From positions 3,286,001-3,350,000 of the forward strand of contig CM039000.1 in the NCBI GenBank assembly GCA_017499595.2: DNA of 64,000 nucleotides, in the 5' to 3' direction. The notes beneath the pieces are model-generated. The model worked only from the letters and a program-made list of their open reading frames with translations, made no database searches and had not been told where the DNA came from. This document shows, piece by piece, positions 1 to 12,000 of this stretch (the stretch's first letter is position 1; each line of letters begins with the position of its first letter). The translations under genes and the position numbers were made by a program. The stretch is from Psilocybe cubensis. Taxonomy: Eukaryota.

Positions 1-60
1 CCTCACTTCTCGCCGGGTTTCTTTAACCCTGTTTCTTTATTTTCTCCTTTTTGACTGCAG

Positions 61-1494
61 ACTTTTTCGCCCGACTCACGATGGCTCGTCGCGTCCTCGC
101 TCGACGCGGTAATCCGCACGTTCGACGTGCCGACCGGCCGTCTCATCGACGCGTTCCGCACGGCGAGCGTCGCGACCAGCATCTCGTTTTCACCTACAAA
201 TGACTTCCTCGCCACTGCCCACGTCGACAGCGTCGGCGTGTTCTTGTGGTACGTATGGATCTTCGGTGTACACGAGAATATTCCACTGACGTCTCATTTT
301 TTTCATAGGGCCAACCGCGCGCAATATGCTGAGGTGTCGTTCCAGAGCATAAGCGACAACGAGATCTTTGACGTTGCACTCCCCTCCGTGCAGGGTGTCG
401 CAGAAGATGAAGGTCAGCAATCCATATCCGCCTTGGTGTGTCCATTTACATCGCTAAACATTTCATTACTTTTTCTTTCTTGTATACATAGCCCTGGAAG
501 CTTTGACTGCGCTCAAAATGGCCGACGCACCGCAAGACGTGTTCTCGACGCCGCCACAGCTCGACGGGGAGCTTATCACGCTCACACTCCTCCCGCGCGC
601 GCGCTGGCAGACATTGCTCAACCTTGAGGTCATTCAGGTGCGTCCGTCCGTCCCATTCGCAGCAGCGGCACTCCTCCAAACATAATCGCTAATCACTAAT
701 CTTGGATTCGTATTTCATATTTGCATCGCGAACAACAGCAACGCAACAAGCCGAAAGAGCCGCCGAAAGCGCCTGAGCACGCGCCGTTCTTCCTGCCTAC
801 GCTGCCTGGCGTCGAGGCGCGCTTCGCGGCTCCGACAGACGCTGCCAAGGCACAAGAACAGGAGAAGAAGAAGGAGAAAAAGTCGACGAGGAGGATCGAC
901 CAGCTGATGGCGTCTGGAAATGAAAGTGTGTTTTACCAGAAACTCGCGGCGGAGGATACTCATGGAGATTGTAAGCCGTTTTTCACTCTCCCATCTCGGC
1001 TACCCAAGTTCTTTCGAACGCTGACGTTTTTTTTTGGTTTCCTTCTCCTCTTTTTTTGTGTGCGATGTGCGATGGTGGATATAGATGAGACGTTCTTCAG
1101 CTACGCGAAACATCTCTCGCCCGCCGCACTCGACCTCGAACTGCGCACGCTCCCTTCGTCTTCGTCGATCCACCCGCTCGCAGCACTTGCGCTCCTCCTA
1201 CACGCGCTCGCACAGCGGCTGCGCGCGCACCGCGACTTTGAGGCAGTACAGGCGATGCAAGCCGTTGTGCTGCGCGCACACGGGGATGTGCTCATCGCCA
1301 CCGCTGCTGAGGCTGAGGCGGGCGCCGGCGCGGGTGTAGGGCAGATGGAAGCGGATGCGGAGACAGCGCCGGAAAGGGCGGTGCTGGACAAGTTGCGCGA
1401 GTTGGAGGAGGTGCAGAGGGTGGAGAGTAAGCGCGTGCTGGAGCTTATTGCGAGTTCGTTGGGTACGCTTGGGTTTGTGAGGGATACGTTGTGA
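61..1494 (+). CDS. UTP21: Utp21/WDR36 SSU processome WD40 protein, 3' part (5' end outside window; spliced)
   Basis: Exon after acceptor at 60 reads TFSPDSRWLVASSLDAVIRTFDVPTGRLID. Later exons give the Utp21 C-terminal motifs TLLPRARWQTLLNLEVI, RNKPKEPPKAPEHAPFFLPTL, LSPAALDLELR and RDFEAVQA. Stop TGA ends at 1494. Confidence 0.9.
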
Positions 1495-1893
1495 TGTTGT
1501 TGAACTTGAAGTTTTTTTCTTACCCTTTTTTACTTGCTTTTGTGAGGGAAATCCTAGTGTAATTGGGATCCATAGTTGTTGTTGTTCTGATCTCATCTTA
1601 TTACTTTTCCAAAAAGATTGGATAATTGAAAGTTAATTTTTGACGATGAGGTATATGTATATGTAAAGAAAGTTGAGAACAATCTCTCGACCCTCCCTCG
1701 ATTTTGCTGGTTGGTGTAAGGGAATTAAATGCTATAGTATATAATTCCCTGTACATCTGAACTTGTCGATTTTTTATCTGGGAAGAACGTCAGTGGTCAC
1801 GCCAACGGTTCTGCACCGCCACCGAATCCGATTCTATTCCGCCAACACTCGACTTAGCAGTAAGTTCTCCTCAAAACCATACAACTACGCAAC

Positions 1894-2887
1894 ATGTGCG
1901 ACAAAAATCTCCCATGCGATCCAGAGGTAGTACCTCTATCAACGACAATTACACCGACATCATTGGCTATTGCCTCTCTAATCGTAGCGCTTGTGATCGT
2001 AGCAGGTACGGTATTTCATTCTTTATGACGCAGTGACTCTCTGACCCACAGCTAGCTATCTTCTTCCTGACCAAGAAGAGCTCTAAATCGCGAGGAAATA
2101 CCTTTTTACTAGTCGGACCACCAGATGCCGGAAAGACATCTATACTGTCCCAGGTCACTCTTGTCGTCGATAAAACACCTTATGACGCAACGCTGATATG
2201 AGGTTTTCCAGTTGGCGTATAGCCAGACATTGCCCACACAAACCTCCATGCAGATCAACTCTGCAGGTGTGACTCTTTCACAGAGCAAATCAATACGCGT
2301 CGTAGATGTACCTGGGCATGCCAGACTACGAAACCAATTCGAAGAATACCTTCCCGAGACGAAAGTCGTCGGATTTGTCGTAGACGCAAGCACAATATCG
2401 CGTAATGCGCCCGCTGTAGCAGAGTGAGTGGAAGGTCGTATGGAGTGTGGTGTCGACTCATTCATTTTGTAGGCATCTTCACCACATATTACACGCTCTC
2501 ACGTCATTTCCGCCGTCACAACAACCGCCTCTGCTCGTTATACTCGCCCACAAAGCTGATCTATTCAAGTCAACCTCGTCTTCCAACGCAAACACAAGTA
2601 CGCTGGCGATCAATAGGGTCAAAGCAATCCTTGAGCGAGAGTTAGAGAAGAGAAGAGCGTCACAGAGTGGAGGGGTCAATGTCGAAGGGTTGGGTGAGGA
2701 GGGTGAGCGTGCAGATATGGGAGGCCTGGAATGCGGAGAGAAGGAGGGTTCGGCCTTCAAGTTTGACGAATGGGAGGGAGGAGACGTCGTGTTCCTGGGT
2801 ACATCCATTGTATCTAGTTCCAGCGAAAAGGTTGCGTCCGAAGGCAGCCTCGAAACTTTATGGGAATTCCTGGCAGATAATATGTAA
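1894..2887 (+). CDS. SRP102: Signal recognition particle receptor beta subunit (spliced)
   Basis: ATG 1894; N-terminal TM helix (SLAIASLIVALVIVAAIFFL); P-loop LLVGPPDAGKT; G3 region VVDVPGHARLR; ILAHKADL; LERELEKRR; stop TAA ends at 2887. Confidence 0.9.
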
Positions 2888-4229
2888 ACCTTGCCCAAAA
2901 TGTACAATAGTTTTCTAGCAATTTCAGCTCTTGAAAATAAGATTGCCCTTGGTTTTCTATGTACAGTTCATAATTAAGGTTGGGGGACTCGCGTGGCAGA
3001 TTGAAATTCTTTCCTACAGATCGTCAATCCCTAGGACGCAGGGCGCGCTGCCCAAGCGCCGCCACGCCCTGAATGTCGGCGGCAATGATGCGCATCACAG
3101 CCAGTGGAAGCTTCTGACAAGCACAGCCAAACAAAGTTTTGTATTTAAAGCGACGCTTGCTTCTGGTTTCTCCTTGTCGCAACCTGCATAGACAGTGCCA
3201 GCCCTATGAACATCCACATGTGGCGCGGTGATTCAGGTAAAGCGCAGAGGGATGCCTGGCCGGGTATAAGAACTCGCCCACTAGATTTGTAGTGTCGTGA
3301 GTGTCAGACCTTTCCTACAAATACTTTGTCGCAATGCTATTTTTTTTCCAACATTGAATTGTCCATTTGTCCTGCATCAACTTGCTGTCTGCCTTCGAGC
3401 CCTTCCGCTACCTTGCAACAACGATCGAACGGTGGAGACTATTGCCATACATTGCTGGCGGAATCATGATCGACGGTAAAATTTTACTGGAGTAACCAAC
3501 ATCCATTGATCATCCGCCAGATCTCTTAAATATCGCACCTACCATTCTACTTCCATCTCTAGTACGACCTCAAAATGTTGAGATATCTATCCAGCTTACC
3601 GATTCCCACAAGTTTTTCAAATCTGCTTCAAGCCAAAAGAATTATTGATATTGATTTATGTGTGAATACTCCTGGTAAAGAGGGACAGAAAGTTAAACTT
3701 CGAGAGGTCAGTGTACCAGTTCAGTACGATGATCTTGTTCATCGGCTGGAGCAGCTAGGTGTGTACAGTGTCTGCGTTGACTTTGCCATCGGGCGGCTAA
3801 TACACCAAATGCAGGATACCATAACCGTGATCCTAGCGTATTTTTTTTGCCTCAAATACGTATGGCGTTGAAATCACGTCCGAGAAATCATACTCTGACT
3901 TTTGCAATGGTGGTGAAATTAATCTATGACGGTCGCTCCAGCGGCAGCAGCAAACTGTACTGCAAAGCTGTGTTGATGAGACCCACGACGCTTATGAAGA
4001 ATAAGGATAGGCAGTAGATTGAAAGGATAGAAACTTACATATATAAGAAGGTAAATCACAACGTGTGTGACACGTAGCACCTGATTGAGTGACTCATGTG
4101 ACAAGAAAGGTGTCATATGGATCCACGTCGCGGGCTTGTACGAGTACAAGTAGCGCTCCGAGTTACACTTCTTGACAAATTTAAGCCTTCTCAATCTTCG
4201 AGTTTGATACACGAAATTCATCACCAGCC

Positions 4230-5196
4230 ATGTTCATCTTAAACTGGTTCTGGGACGTCCTCGCACAGCTTGGTATATATGCCACCACTTTTTGTAATAT
4301 CATGGCCACTGACGTGTTTGCTTTCCCAACTTGCACAGGCCTGTTGCACAAGAACGCTAAAATCTTGTTCCTCGGTTTGGATAATGCTGGAAAGACTGTA
4401 TGTATATATGACTTAATAATGAATTCAATTAACCCAAAATCTCTCCAGACACTGTTGCACATGCTCAAAAATGACCGACTTGCCACGCTGCAACCCACAC
4501 TTCATCCCAGTAATACAACTCCGTCATATACTTTGAAAGCCATTCATTAACATGCAATCTGACAGCCTCGGAAGAATTGGCTATTGGAAATGTAAAATTC
4601 ACCACCTACGACTTGGGTGGACATCAACAGGGTTCGCCTACCTTTATTCCTCGTATTTCTCCCATACCCATAATCCTTCTGCAGCTCGTCGCCTCTGGCG
4701 TGACTACTTCCCCGAAGTCGATGGTATCGTCTTCCTTGTAGATAGCGCCGACTTTGAGCGTTTCTCCGAATCGAAAGCGGAGCTGGACGCCCTTCTTTCT
4801 ATCGAGGAGCTCTCAAAGGTTCCTTTCCTCGTCCTCGGCAATAAGATTGATGCACCCGGTGCCGTCAGTGAAGAGGAGTTGAGGCATCACCTTGGTCTTT
4901 ACCAGACAACTGGAAAGGTACGTAGAATCTATTGTTTGGGGTTTTGTACATCTGCTTTAATACTATTTAATATGTTACAGGGCAAGGTACCTCTCAGTGA
5001 CATTAGGCCCATTGAGATTTTCATGTGCTCAGTCGTCCAAAGGCAAGGTTACGGAGAAGGTCAGTACCTTTGCGTTCTTATCTTTGACCATGGCTTACCG
5101 AGCTTCTCTTCAGGTTTCCGCTGGATCTCTCAATATGTAAGTCTAGATCTTCTTTTCACTACGAATACTGTTTTAACAACGCCTTTCCAGATCTAA
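4230..5196 (+). CDS. SAR1: Sar1 small GTPase (COPII), 8 exons
   Basis: [88 protein letters not shown]. Introns at 4273-4338, 4398-4448, 4510-4565, 4632-4684, 4918-4980, 5060-5113 and 5137-5190. Confidence 0.98.
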
Positions 5197-5567
5197 TCGG
5201 CTCCGATTATACCGAAGCGTTTTCCATGGACTCCCCTTCGTCGTATATGCATTTTCTTTCACTTCTCTGGTACTCAGTAGAGCTGCACTTTCTTTGATTG
5301 CTTGAGTACAGTAGCCCTTTTCTTCAATACACTTTGTTATTAGAATTACAACTATTAGCATTGTCTGGATCTACTGGGTAGGTAGTTTTAATAATGGATG
5401 TCCAGATTGCAGACTTTTTCAAAATAGCCATGAAACTTGTAAAGAAGTTACTGTGCGTCATCGTTAAGGCTTCGAGTTCACAGTGACAAAGTGCAAGTTA
5501 TCTGTTGCGTTGTATGTTTCGAACATGTGAAATTGAAGTTCCTGTCCGCATCAGGAAGAGAAGGGCC

Positions 5568-7157
5568 ATGCTGTCTTCTTCCCCCTCACTCTCGTTACCT
5601 TCCTTCCAAAATGTCCTACTATCTTCAATTATTATAAGAGTCGCCTTGATTCTTTACAGCGAGTGGCATGATGCTCATTCCATCGTGAAATACACGGACG
5701 TCGATTATCGCGTCTTTAGCGACGCGGCATCCTTTTTGCTCCATCCTGGTCCTGGCGAAGCCAATCGAGCGCAAGGACCGCTCACAAAATTGTTTGGGCG
5801 CGTTCTGAATTTCGGAGAGTGCGTTACTTGTCCTTCTAATCCTTGCAGAAAGTAGTCATTTTCTAACATAAAGCTACCTTACAGTCCGTATACCAGAGAG
5901 ACATACCGGTATACGCCTTTGCTTGCATTGCTTGTTACGCCCAACGCGTGGCTGCTACCTTCGTTTGGAAAATACGTGTTCGCACTCTGCGATATCATAA
6001 ATGGGGTCTTGACATACCGACTACTCAAAACAGAGATCCTTCCGGCCGTCAATACTTCCAGCCTTTACGACAAAGGAGACAAGAAAGAAAATGAGGACAC
6101 TTCTCCTGAACGTATAGAGCGCCTGGCGACGTTGTACAGTGCAGTGCACCTGCTGAACCCTCTCGTCTTCTCGATATCCACACGCGGCTCGTCCGAGTCT
6201 GTTCTGTCGCTTTTTGTCCTATTGACGTTGTACGCGGCCGTGAAAGGCCGGTGGGACATGGCCGCTGCTTTGCTCGGGCTGAGTACGCATTGGAAGATAT
6301 ACCCTGTTATATATGGAGTTGCATGTTTGGGCGTTGTCGGTCAGCGGGAAGTGGGTTCAGGGACGAGGATGGAGTATGTAAAGACGTTGGTGAATAAGAA
6401 GACTATGAGGTTTGCGGCAGTGAGTGCGGGCACTTTTGGACTGCTGGGTATTGGGTGCTATGCCATGTAAGCCTTGGGTTTTTAGCCTTCATCTTGCTTT
6501 CCATACTCACACATTTTTTTGCATTTATAGTTGGGGGTATCCCTTTTTATTTGAGTCGTACCTTTACCACCTCCACAGACTAGACCACCGACACAATTTT
6601 TCGCCCTACTTTTATCTGACATACCTCACATACCCATCCTTCTCATCTGGCTCCTCGTCAACATCGGATCCTCTTCCCTTGTGGAACACCATTCTACGAT
6701 CGCCCCTGACGAGCTTTATCCCTCAGATGGGGCTTTCACTCTGCTCAGGCTTGCTTTTCGGGAGGAGGAAAAAGGATTTAGTTTTTGCATGGTTCGTACA
6801 GACATGCGTATTCGTAATATTCAACAAAGTATGCACATCACAGGTGAGCACTCTTTAGATTGAAAAATTTCCCCAAAAAATCAACTTATTATATAACAAA
6901 ATAACACTTCACTGTTATAGTACTTCCTGTGGTATCTGCTCCTCCTACCGCTGCTTCTCCCTCAACTGTCGATGTCTCTACGAGACTCCGTCTTATACGG
7001 CGGCGTATGGATCGGAACACAAGCACTCTGGCTTAGCCATGCATACCAGCTTGAGTTCCTGGGAGAGAATGTGTTCGTAGGGCTGTGGGTGCGCGGGCTG
7101 GTGTACGTCATTGGAAATTGTTGGGTATTGGTAGGCATTATGCAGGCGTACCAGTGA
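5568..7157 (+). CDS. GPI14: GPI mannosyltransferase I (PIG-M)
   Basis: [15 protein letters not shown] (DxD), [65 protein letters not shown]; multiple TM segments. Confidence 0.95.
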
Positions 7158-7300
7158 CATATAGTAGGTATGTGTGTCTAGTTGACCTTAGGTATGCTGT
7201 GCGAGTCGGTCCCAAAACGATGACAGTCATATACTGCTTCCCAAGAGTCAAGATTGATATGAGTGTATTGTACACCGTGGCTCAGCAGATGTCGATAGTA

Positions 7301-8449
7301 TTATTCTGAGTCTGAGAAATCCATATCACATTCAGATAGATCAGCTTGATCATTTTCAAGCGTTAAATCTTTGGGCTTGTCGGGCAACGGTGCAGAAGCA
7401 TGACTAAGCACTTTTGCAGGAGGGGGTGGCGGTGGGGGTGAAGACGGAGGTGGGGGCATTGAAGGAGGCGGCGGCGGCGGCGGGTCAAACGGCGGCGGAA
7501 GAGGCGGCGGTTCCTCAGATGGAGGTGGAGGCGGCTGGGAACCATAGTACGAAAATTGACACAGATATGCGGTGGTATTCTCGAAACGAGTACTATACCA
7601 TGTTTCAGAGGGAGGAGGCGATTTGTAGGGTATCAGGTGCTGCGAAGAGAAATAGCTAGGAGGGTAATTTGCCCATCGGATAGGTACGAGAGGTTCATCC
7701 CTGGATTCCTCGTCAGAAGAGGAGGCTGAACTACTCAAGTGGCGACTAGATGAATCTTCAGAGCCAGATTGGTCCTCATGCTTTATATCAGTAAGACGGG
7801 TAATCTTGAAGGTATCTCCAAATGACACTTGGTCTATATGATCATCATCCCCATGGATCTCGAAAGGCGTTGAATCATCAAGTTCACCTTCAATGTCACC
7901 ATCTATTTCGTTCCAGATACGTGATCTAACACGTTCTCGTGGATCAATTGGGCTGATCCATCCAGGAGGGTAACCCCAGACAGAGATATTTCTAAGCCAT
8001 TCTTCGTTGTAGGTCCCCAGGGCTTCCTTCAGGAGTTCTCCCTTGATTTTACCTGGTTCGAATTCTTCCAGCCAATTCAAACGTTGCTGCCTCCAGGCTT
8101 CAACAGCATGAATTCTTTGCCAATTTCCGGTCCCTAGAGTTCCTTGTTTAAATTGATAATATTGCCTTGAGAGTGCTATGAGCTCGCGATTGAGACGAAG
8201 GGGACATTCTGTGACTTTATGATCCGGTTCTCCACAGTTGAAGCACCTGCTTTGATCTGAATCAAGTTGGTGATCCGTCGATTCGCCGTCAACATCATCT
8301 CCTAGAACATTGGTGTCTGACCGTTCGTACACCCCATAGAGTTCATAGAAGCCAGGAATAGGTTCCGCAGAGGAATGATAGAAAAATAAAGGCCCTAATT
8401 CGTTGGTTTGATCTCCGTTGTTTCCGACGGTATTTGGTTCTGATCCCAT
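7301..8449 (-). CDS. ZCCHC8-like protein: CCHC zinc knuckle + PSP domain + Pro-rich tail
   Basis: 382-aa intronless ORF with knuckle CFNCGEPDHKVTEC, PSP-like PGKIKGELLKEALG...WLRNISVWGYPPGW, poly-Pro tract and C-terminal DMDFSD. The start codon overlaps the neighbouring gene. Confidence 0.8.
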   Translation of the reverse strand: MGSEPNTVGNNGDQTNELGPLFFYHSSAEPIPGFYELYGVYERSDTNVLGDDVDGESTDHQLDSDQSRCFNCGEPDHKVTECPLRLNRELIALSRQYYQFKQGTLGTGNWQRIHAVEAWRQQRLNWLEEFEPGKIKGELLKEALGTYNEEWLRNISVWGYPPGWISPIDPRERVRSRIWNEIDGDIEGELDDSTPFEIHGDDDHIDQVSFGDTFKITRLTDIKHEDQSGSEDSSSRHLSSSASSSDEESRDEPLVPIRWANYPPSYFSSQHLIPYKSPPPSETWYSTRFENTTAYLCQFSYYGSQPPPPPSEEPPPLPPPFDPPPPPPPSMPPPPSSPPPPPPPAKVLSHASAPLPDKPKDLTLENDQADLSECDMDFSDSE

Positions 8450-8821
8450 TCTTGCAAGGCTTTGAAGACTGCACTTTCGTCCCAGCGGCCCTTGGCTATT
8501 TCTTTGCCTTCAAGATGTAAAGCAGGAATCCAATAGACATATTTTTTCTTCCACTTTTCCTGTCCTTTGTCTTGGATATTAATAGTATCCAGTTCAAACG
8601 GTCTCTAGATATTGAGCGATGTATGAGTTGAGGCAGTACTTGGTTTGATCTGGACTAGCAATCACCGTCTGCCTAACTTTTGCTAGCGCTGCCTTGGCTG
8701 TCTATAACAGAGTGTCAGAAGTTGTAAGCTTAAACTGGTATGAAAAACTCACGTCGCACAGGGAGCAATTTGGGCCAGAGAAAAGAGTGAGTCGTGGTAT
8801 ACGAGCACCGCGAAGAGCCAT
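8395..8821 (-). CDS. Glutaredoxin-like protein (DUF836, YDR286C/C5orf63-like), 104 aa, 3 exons; absent from the ORF track
   Basis: Exons 8821-8753, 8701-8666 and 8604-8395 with GT-AG introns translate to MALRGARIPRLTLFSGPNCSLCD-TAKAALAKVRQT-RPFELDTINIQDKGQEKWKKKYVYWIPALHLEG...KPTN*. It has a CxxC motif and the IP cis-Pro position of a thioredoxin fold. Confidence 0.9.
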
Positions 8822-8895
8822 TGGTGTTCGAGTCAAATTCTGTTCGAGCTCGCGGCCACGGCTGTCGGCACTTGACGGCAGAATCCAGAAACTCG

Positions 8896-8903
8896 GTCAC
8901 GTG
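8896..8903. promoter_or_regulatory. GTCACGTG E-box in short divergent promoter
   Basis: Lies in the ~245 bp gap between the divergent ATGs at 8821 and 9066. The same 8-mer occurs in the PAM17/SNF2 divergent promoter. Confidence 0.4.
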
Positions 8904-9065
8904 AAAATGATCGGCCCTGGTTGAACTTGATGCGTTTCTGTTGGTACATGCACTTTACATAAAGTTAGCACTGTTGACAGACAGTTAGGGACTTTTTTCG
9001 CGTTACTCGGTTTTCCATTCTTTTCGGGCCACGGATTGTAGGAGTGTGCAGGTCAATGTCTTGCG

Positions 9066-12000
9066 ATGGCTTTGCCAGAACCCTCATGGCGAGTTAAATG
9101 TGCGTTTACTTTACTCTCCACGTTTATGGTCTCCATTCATCCATGAGAACAACATTATAGCACGACCATGTCCTTTTTACCAAGCAGGCAGATGCATGTT
9201 TGCAGAATCATGCAATTTTATTCACAATGCCTCTGCAACTATTAATGCAGAAGTTTTACATTCGAAAGACTCGTCAATCACCCCACACATCGCAGCGGGT
9301 CCCAGCACACCCCATAAATCCCCCGAGGTTATCATAGAGTCACCTCGTTCCATTCGTTCCCCACCCCGCTCGCCGAGAACCACTAGTTTGCTACTTGCTC
9401 TAAGAGATGTCATTGGGGACCCCGACGAAGAAGAAGACGAACTCCGAACGGTTGTTGGAAACCAAGCAATTTCGGCACAGGGTGATAATTGGTCCGAAGC
9501 TTTGCCTACGCTCGTCAACATTGAAAGTGGCTTTGGAGAATTTTCTCAGCCTGAAAACAGTAACGCGAATCACTCAGATTTGGACGAACCGGAAGACGAC
9601 GATTGCGAAGGACACTGGACTGCTATATCAGACTATGACGACGAAGATGGGGATGAGGCAAATAGCGCCTCGGGGGAAAACATTTTCGAGGACGAAACCG
9701 TACACAATGAACCACCGGATGTTATTACACCAGGTGACGATGAACCCACTGTACAACTTTCTGCAGTCGGCCACACAGAAGCAGGTACCATCAGGCCCCT
9801 ATCTTCAGCGTCCTCGGGTTCCCATCGTCAAAGTGTAGCATCTGACATCTCAGCCAACCTTACTGCGTCCAGTCTTTTATCTCCCATCGAATTAGCTGAT
9901 ATCAAGCTCAAACCTATATTTCCAATCGAACGGGGTCATTCTTCTAGAGGTTCCAATTCCTTCGACTCTGGCTATGGGGAAAACTGGAAACCTCCCATTC
10001 CTTTACAAGCAAGTCCCCCGCGCAGTCCATCTGTTAGCTCAACTTTCGACCTTAATTTGTCACCGTTCGGCACACGCACTAGTCGCCTTTTGTCCCCTCG
10101 GCTGGGTGCATTCATTGCTCGCTCACCAGTTTCACCAGCAAAAACAATATTGTCACCAGCAGTGCAAGAAGAAGTCGAAGAATTGGACTTGAGTCTCGAT
10201 TCTCCATCTACCTATCAACAACAGAATGACGCAAACTTTGTAACGAGATCGTTTTCCAGCGAAGAAATAGAAGGGCAAGATAATACTCATTCTTCAGCTG
10301 AACTGATGGAAATTCTGGAAGGCGGAGAAACGCAGGATGAGCAAGAGGATGAAACATCGCCGGATTCCTATGGACATACATCTATATGGGACCCAGAAGG
10401 TGGACCAACAGCTGTCTACATGGGCGATCCTTCAGTTTCTCAGCAAAGTAGCGAAGACGATGCTGAAGATGACACAGCTTTCCTAGCATACCTGAACAGC
10501 CCGCAGTTAGCTCAACAGCCCAACGAAAACGACACGCTTGGTTCATTCTACGACATTTATTCTGGTATTGCACCAGACATTGCCAACCCTTCTCCCTCTC
10601 ACAGCTACGTTGCCGATGCTGGCCGCACCACTCCTCAACCAGAGCCTGCATCTCGGTCAAATTCTTCAACACCCGCCAGCTCTCTGCGAGAGCGCGTTTT
10701 CACTCCGCCAGCACCGATGCGAAAGCGGTCCGGTACTATCACTGCAGCGGATTCACCCAATTCACTATCTTCTCCTATTACTTCACTGGACTCGATTTCA
10801 AGAGGGCGAGCATCGCCTTTTTCTGTATCAGAGCACAATTCTGTTGCTAGAGGTACAGGTAGCCAAAGCCCCTTCGGCCAAGAAGTCGAGGTGTCGAAGA
10901 AAGTACCGTTTGGGTTTAAGAACTCATTTTCATTGGTACGCCAGACAAATAATGCACATATGATGTATACATGTATCTTATACTTCACTTCATCAGGGAC
11001 GCGCTAGTCGATCCTCATTGATGACGAGCCGTAGTGACAGGAGGAGCGTGCCTGCATCTCCTCTTCAACAATATACCCCTGCACCAGGACAGGACTCTTC
11101 TTTAGCGTCTACGAACCAATCTCCTATGACTTCCAGACCAGGCTTGAAGCCTCTACGACTTGTAAGCCTGCCTATCTTGTAGCTGTCGGATATCATCTTA
11201 TTTTATGATTTCTAGTCTACTCTGTTGGATTCTAATCACACTTCACGATCTCATCTGCAATCTCGCATGCCTGCTACTGCCTCAGCTACCGTTACTAATT
11301 TTTCACGTTCTGGTACGTGTTAAGATTGATTCAAAGTTCAAGTCTGATATCATTTTTTTAGGACTTTCTCATCGCACATCTTTATCATCTGCAAGTGTAT
11401 CATCTAGCAATTCATTTTCCGACAATCGTTTGGTAAGCATTAGAAATGTCATTTTGTTGGAGTATGCAACACAAACCTTCTTTTTTTTTGCCTAGTTTTC
11501 ATCTGCACGTTCTTCCGTTATTCTTCCCAAGAATCGCACTAGCGTGACTTCTTCGAAATCTCCAATAATTTCACCCTATATCAGGTCTTTAGCTGATCTT
11601 GAAGAACCCCACTCTGCACCTGCAAATTCCTGGCGCCAATCCATAAATTACTCACGACCTTCCAGTCGGCTTTCCGAGCGGTTCATCGAGGATGACAACG
11701 AAGACGACGACACAGGTCACTTCTCGACGAATGATCCGTACGGAGAAACGATCCGCAGACCTATACCCGCTATGCCTCATACTGCCCCTGCGTTCTATCC
11801 ACCAACGTATGCCATCGAAACGCCCAAGCCGACACTAATGTTCGCCATTGCCAGCGATAATGTAGACGAAGTCAGGCACGTACTTGACTCGGGCGAGGTC
11901 GATCCAAACGAGACCGTTGGCCCGCAATCGGCGCTAATGTTTGCGCTGACGAACGACAAGCTCTCAAATAAACTTGAGATTGTGAAGACACTCTTGGCGT

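Noticed and set aside
3919-4000. Minus-strand peptide SFAVQFAAAAGATVI resembling zinc-binding dehydrogenases
   Set aside because: Only about 15 residues, followed almost at once by a stop, with no recoverable flanking similarity. It could be a relic but I cannot support it.
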